A stretch of 64,000 bases of DNA, taken from positions 992,001-1,056,000 of the forward strand of contig CBDCDZ010000004.1 in assembly GCA_965215565.1 (NCBI GenBank), given 5' to 3'. The number at the start of each line of letters is the position of its first letter. Position 1 is the first letter of the stretch. The stretch is from Trueperaceae bacterium. GTDB taxonomy: Bacteria; Deinococcota; Deinococci; Deinococcales; Trueperaceae. Below, one piece after another: positions 58,798 to 64,000 of the stretch. Below the pieces are notes generated by a model that had not been told where the DNA came from, did no database searches, and worked only from the letters and a program-made list of their open reading frames with translations. The position numbers and the translations under genes are program-made.

Positions 58798-59529
58798 ACC
58801 AAGTCAGTCGAATCTAAGCCAGTCGAACCCAGGCGAGCAGAACCCATCCGGGCTAAGCGTCAACCGAGTGAGCCTCAATGGAACGGGGTTCAACAGGGCG
58901 TAACTCAACAGAGTGAGCCTCGAGCCACCGCTCAGCAAGTGTCTAATCCAGAAGTTAAGCCCACAGCGGCTGAGGTTGAAGCCTCGAGTTCCCCACAATC
59001 AGAACGGAGACAGGTAAAACCGCGCCGCGAACCACCCGGACGCACGCCCGACACGCCACCGCCCCACGTCAATCCCGAAGAAGCCACGCCCAAACCCAAA
59101 GCGATCCCTAGCTCGGAGGCAAAACCTGTTCCCCCTGCTGAAGATGCGCAGCCCGAACGAACCGCGTCTGAGAGTCTTTACGGGGAGGAGTTGCCGCCCG
59201 ACTTTTGGGACAGTGACCCGGTTGCTGATGTCGACGTTCAGTCGGTCACACAAGATGAACCTAGACCGGATGAGGTTGAGTTCGCGGGCTCGGGCCGCTC
59301 CTCTCCAGCTTCACAATCCCTAACGCCACAGCCCGGACCGCAACCCAGGCAAAAGGTTGGCGGGAAGCTCGAAGATGACCCCCGCTTCGCCGTGATGCAG
59401 TCTCTTTTTCCAGGACAAATTGTCGAATGGCAAGAGAGCGAAGAGGTTACAGACGAAGAGGTTAGTGGAGAAGACGCGGACGAACCCAGTGCGGATGACT
59501 CCAACGAAGAGGTTGACGGGTTAAACTAA
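58765..59529 (+). CDS. dnaX: -1-frame C-terminal extension of DnaX (tau-like long form)
   Basis: Frame is open from the slippery site through ORF 58939..59529; Pro/Glu-rich linker then DPRF..MQSLFPGQIV. Confidence 0.75.
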   Translation, partial: VVAERAEGGAPTKSVESKPVEPRRAEPIRAKRQPSEPQWNGVQQGVTQQSEPRATAQQVSNPEVKPTAAEVEASSSPQSERRQVKPRREPPGRTPDTPPPHVNPEEATPKPKAIPSSEAKPVPPAEDAQPERTASESLYGEELPPDFWDSDPVADVDVQSVTQDEPRPDEVEFAGSGRSSPASQSLTPQPGPQPRQKVGGKLEDDPRFAVMQSLFPGQIVEWQESEEVTDEEVSGEDADEPSADDSNEEVDGLN

Positions 59530-59577
59530 GATACTGACACGTCAACCCCTGATCTTTGACCTTTAGAGGAGCGACTT

Positions 59578-59889
59578 ATGAACATGCAAAAGCTGATGAA
59601 AGAGGCGCAAAAGGCGCAGAAGAAGATGGCGGAAGCGCAGGAGCGTTTGGCGAACATCTCCGTCGAGGGCAGCGCGGGCGGCGGCCTAGTCACAGCGACC
59701 GCGAGCGGCGACGGCAACATCACGGGCATCAAAATCGACCCGAGCACCGTTGACCCCGAAGATGTCGAGCTGTTAGAAGACTTAGTCGCAGCAGCGGTAA
59801 ACGAAGCCCAACGCAAAGCCAAAGAGGTCCAAGAAGCCGAGATGGGCTCCGCGATGGGTGGCATGGGCGGACTCGGGGGGATGTTTTAA
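59578..59889 (+). CDS. ybaB: YbaB/EbfC nucleoid-associated protein
   Basis: MQKLMKEAQK, GGGLV, LEDLVAAAVN; dnaX-ybaB-recR synteny. Confidence 0.95.
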   Translation: MNMQKLMKEAQKAQKKMAEAQERLANISVEGSAGGGLVTATASGDGNITGIKIDPSTVDPEDVELLEDLVAAAVNEAQRKAKEVQEAEMGSAMGGMGGLGGMF

Positions 59890-59893
59890 GGGA

Positions 59894-59965
59894 GCTATTA
59901 GGTATTAGCAATTAGCGATTAGCGAAATTCAAAAGCTAAGCGCTAAAAGCTAACGGCTAAAAGCT
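59894..59965. repeat. TTAGCNR/GCTAA heptamer inverted tandem repeat
   Basis: TTAGGTA TTAGCAA TTAGCGA TTAGC...GCTAAGC GCTAAAA GCTAACG GCTAAAA; similar short tracts near 28450 and 50505. Confidence 0.7.
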
Positions 59966-59974
59966 GCGTAGCTT

Positions 59975-60565
59975 ATGAAATACCCTCCCGCTTTAATTCA
60001 ACTCATTCGCGAACTCGGGCGGCTCCCCGGCGTCGGTCCTAAGAGCGCCCAGCGGCTCGCCTTTCACCTCTTTAACCAGCCCGAAGAGGACGTGAAGGGG
60101 CTCGCCCAAGCCCTCCTCAACGCTAAAGGCTCGCTTAAACAGTGCGAGGTTTGCTTTAACATCACCGACGAAGAGGTCTGCTCGATTTGTAAAGACGCGC
60201 AGCGCGAGCGTGGGCTTCTCTGCGTCGTCGAAGAGCCCGCTGACCTCTTGGCGATTGAACGCAGCGGCGAGTACGGCGGGCTTTACCACGTCCTGCACGG
60301 CGCACTCTCGCCCATGAACGGCGTCGGACCGGACCAACTCACCATTCAACCTCTCTTGACGCGCCTTAAAGATATCGACGAGGTTATCTTAGCGACGGCG
60401 ACGACGGTGGAAGGGGAAGCGACGGCGATGTATTTAGATAGACTTCTTAAAGACATCGGGGTTAATTCGTCGCGTATCGGCTACGGGCTGCCGGTTGGCG
60501 GGAACTTAGAGTACGCTGACGAGGTCACGCTAGGGCGGGCGATTACGAACCGGCGGATGTTGTAG
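59975..60565 (+). CDS. recR: Recombination mediator RecR
   Basis: LPGVGPKSAQRLA, C4 zinc finger, YHVLHG, EGEATA. Confidence 0.97.
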   Translation: MKYPPALIQLIRELGRLPGVGPKSAQRLAFHLFNQPEEDVKGLAQALLNAKGSLKQCEVCFNITDEEVCSICKDAQRERGLLCVVEEPADLLAIERSGEYGGLYHVLHGALSPMNGVGPDQLTIQPLLTRLKDIDEVILATATTVEGEATAMYLDRLLKDIGVNSSRIGYGLPVGGNLEYADEVTLGRAITNRRML

Positions 60566-60567
60566 CG

Positions 60568-60954
60568 TCACCACCGCGTAGCGACTTCATACTTCCTAAT
60601 GTCTCTGTCAGCAGTAAGGAGCGTCATATTCTCGTATTGCGCTTGGGCAATGAGTAATCGATCAAAAGGGTCACGGTGGTGCATCGGCAAATTTACGACA
60701 CCTTGGCAGTGACCCTTCTCGAGAAACAACCACTTTACGCTATTAGCGACAAGTTCACTATCCAGGGTTCTTTGCCAGTTACCTCTGAGCCCTAACTTAC
60801 CTAAACTCTGTTTAATACAAATTTCCCAGTAGCTTACCGCACTAAGAAACAGTTCGTTATCCGCATCTAAAAAAATTTCTTCCGCTCCTTCACTTAGCCT
60901 ATCGTCGCCTCGGACAAGCCACAAGAAGGTGTGTGTATCGAGCAAGATGTTCAC
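60568..60954 (-). CDS. vapC: PIN-domain VapC toxin
   Basis: LLDTHTFLW, S.WEI..K, HRDPFDRLL.AQA, TAD. Confidence 0.92.
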   Translation of the reverse strand: MNILLDTHTFLWLVRGDDRLSEGAEEIFLDADNELFLSAVSYWEICIKQSLGKLGLRGNWQRTLDSELVANSVKWLFLEKGHCQGVVNLPMHHRDPFDRLLIAQAQYENMTLLTADRDIRKYEVATRW

Positions 60955-61199
60955 TTCGTTTCGTCTTTCGTCTCCATGTACTCCTTGAAATCTTCCAGAG
61001 GCGCATCGAAATCGTCAGACATAAATTCAAAGATATCCTTTGCTCCTCCAATACGCCGCTGCTTGCGAAGCTCAGGAATGACGGTAAGTTTGACGAGTGG
61101 TTTATCGCCTTTTGCAATGATGACCTCTTCACCTGCGAGCGCTTTACGGATAAGTTTGGAAAGGTGCGTTTTAGCTTCGTGAATCGTCACTTTAGTCAT
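60951..61199 (-). CDS. Phd/YefM-family antitoxin
   Basis: IHEAKTHLSKL..ALAGEEVII, DDFDAPL; GTGA overlap with the toxin; TGACTAAGTCA palindrome upstream. Confidence 0.9.
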   Translation of the reverse strand: MTKVTIHEAKTHLSKLIRKALAGEEVIIAKGDKPLVKLTVIPELRKQRRIGGAKDIFEFMSDDFDAPLEDFKEYMETKDETK

Positions 61200-61353
61200 A
61201 ACAGTATATTAGCTAAGTCAGATGACTAAGTCAACACAACCTGAAAAAAGCGTTCTTTTGCTAAGAGTAATTCATCTCACAAATCAACGTTTACTAATCC
61301 TCATGAGAAAAACTCCACTCACGTGAAGTTCGTCACGTTCGTATGATAGGGCG

Positions 61354-61381
61354 TTGACAAATTCTACGGGCTCTTTATAAT
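61354..61381 (+). promoter_or_regulatory. Sigma70-type promoter of topA
   Basis: TTGACA-16 nt-TATAAT, then GGAGG RBS. Confidence 0.75.
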
Positions 61382-61401
61382 GACGTCGCAACTGGAGGAG
61401 A

Positions 61402-64000
<2,599 letters not shown>

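Overview
Chromosomal window from a GC-rich bacterium, most likely Deinococcota (Trueperaceae-like). This is inferred from a Thermus-like SpoVS, many apparently leaderless genes and Deinococcus-type intergenic repeats. Core genes are hemL, ispG, crtB, rsmB, spoVS, ilvBN-ilvC-leuA-cimA, gltB, xdhABC, manA, a dpp-type peptide ABC transporter, dnaX-ybaB-recR and a partial topA. Accessory genes are interspersed: a DUF2075 nuclease-helicase, a low-GC DUF262/GmrSD-like gene, Uma2, xisH/xisI and several toxin-antitoxin modules or remnants. The most notable signals are: (1) a modular, structured TAGCAG...CTGCTA intergenic element with about 10 copies, often bracketing single genes or operons; (2) a dnaX -1 frameshift signal in which the shift would make the long product; (3) ATC start codons inferred for spoVS and rsmB; (4) an xisHI cassette bounded by a duplicated cimA 5' end; (5) a leaderless ilv attenuator peptide, a candidate sRNA, a glutaredoxin-FNT fusion and apparent CTCGAG over-representation. 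All calls come from reading the sequence by eye; no searches were run.
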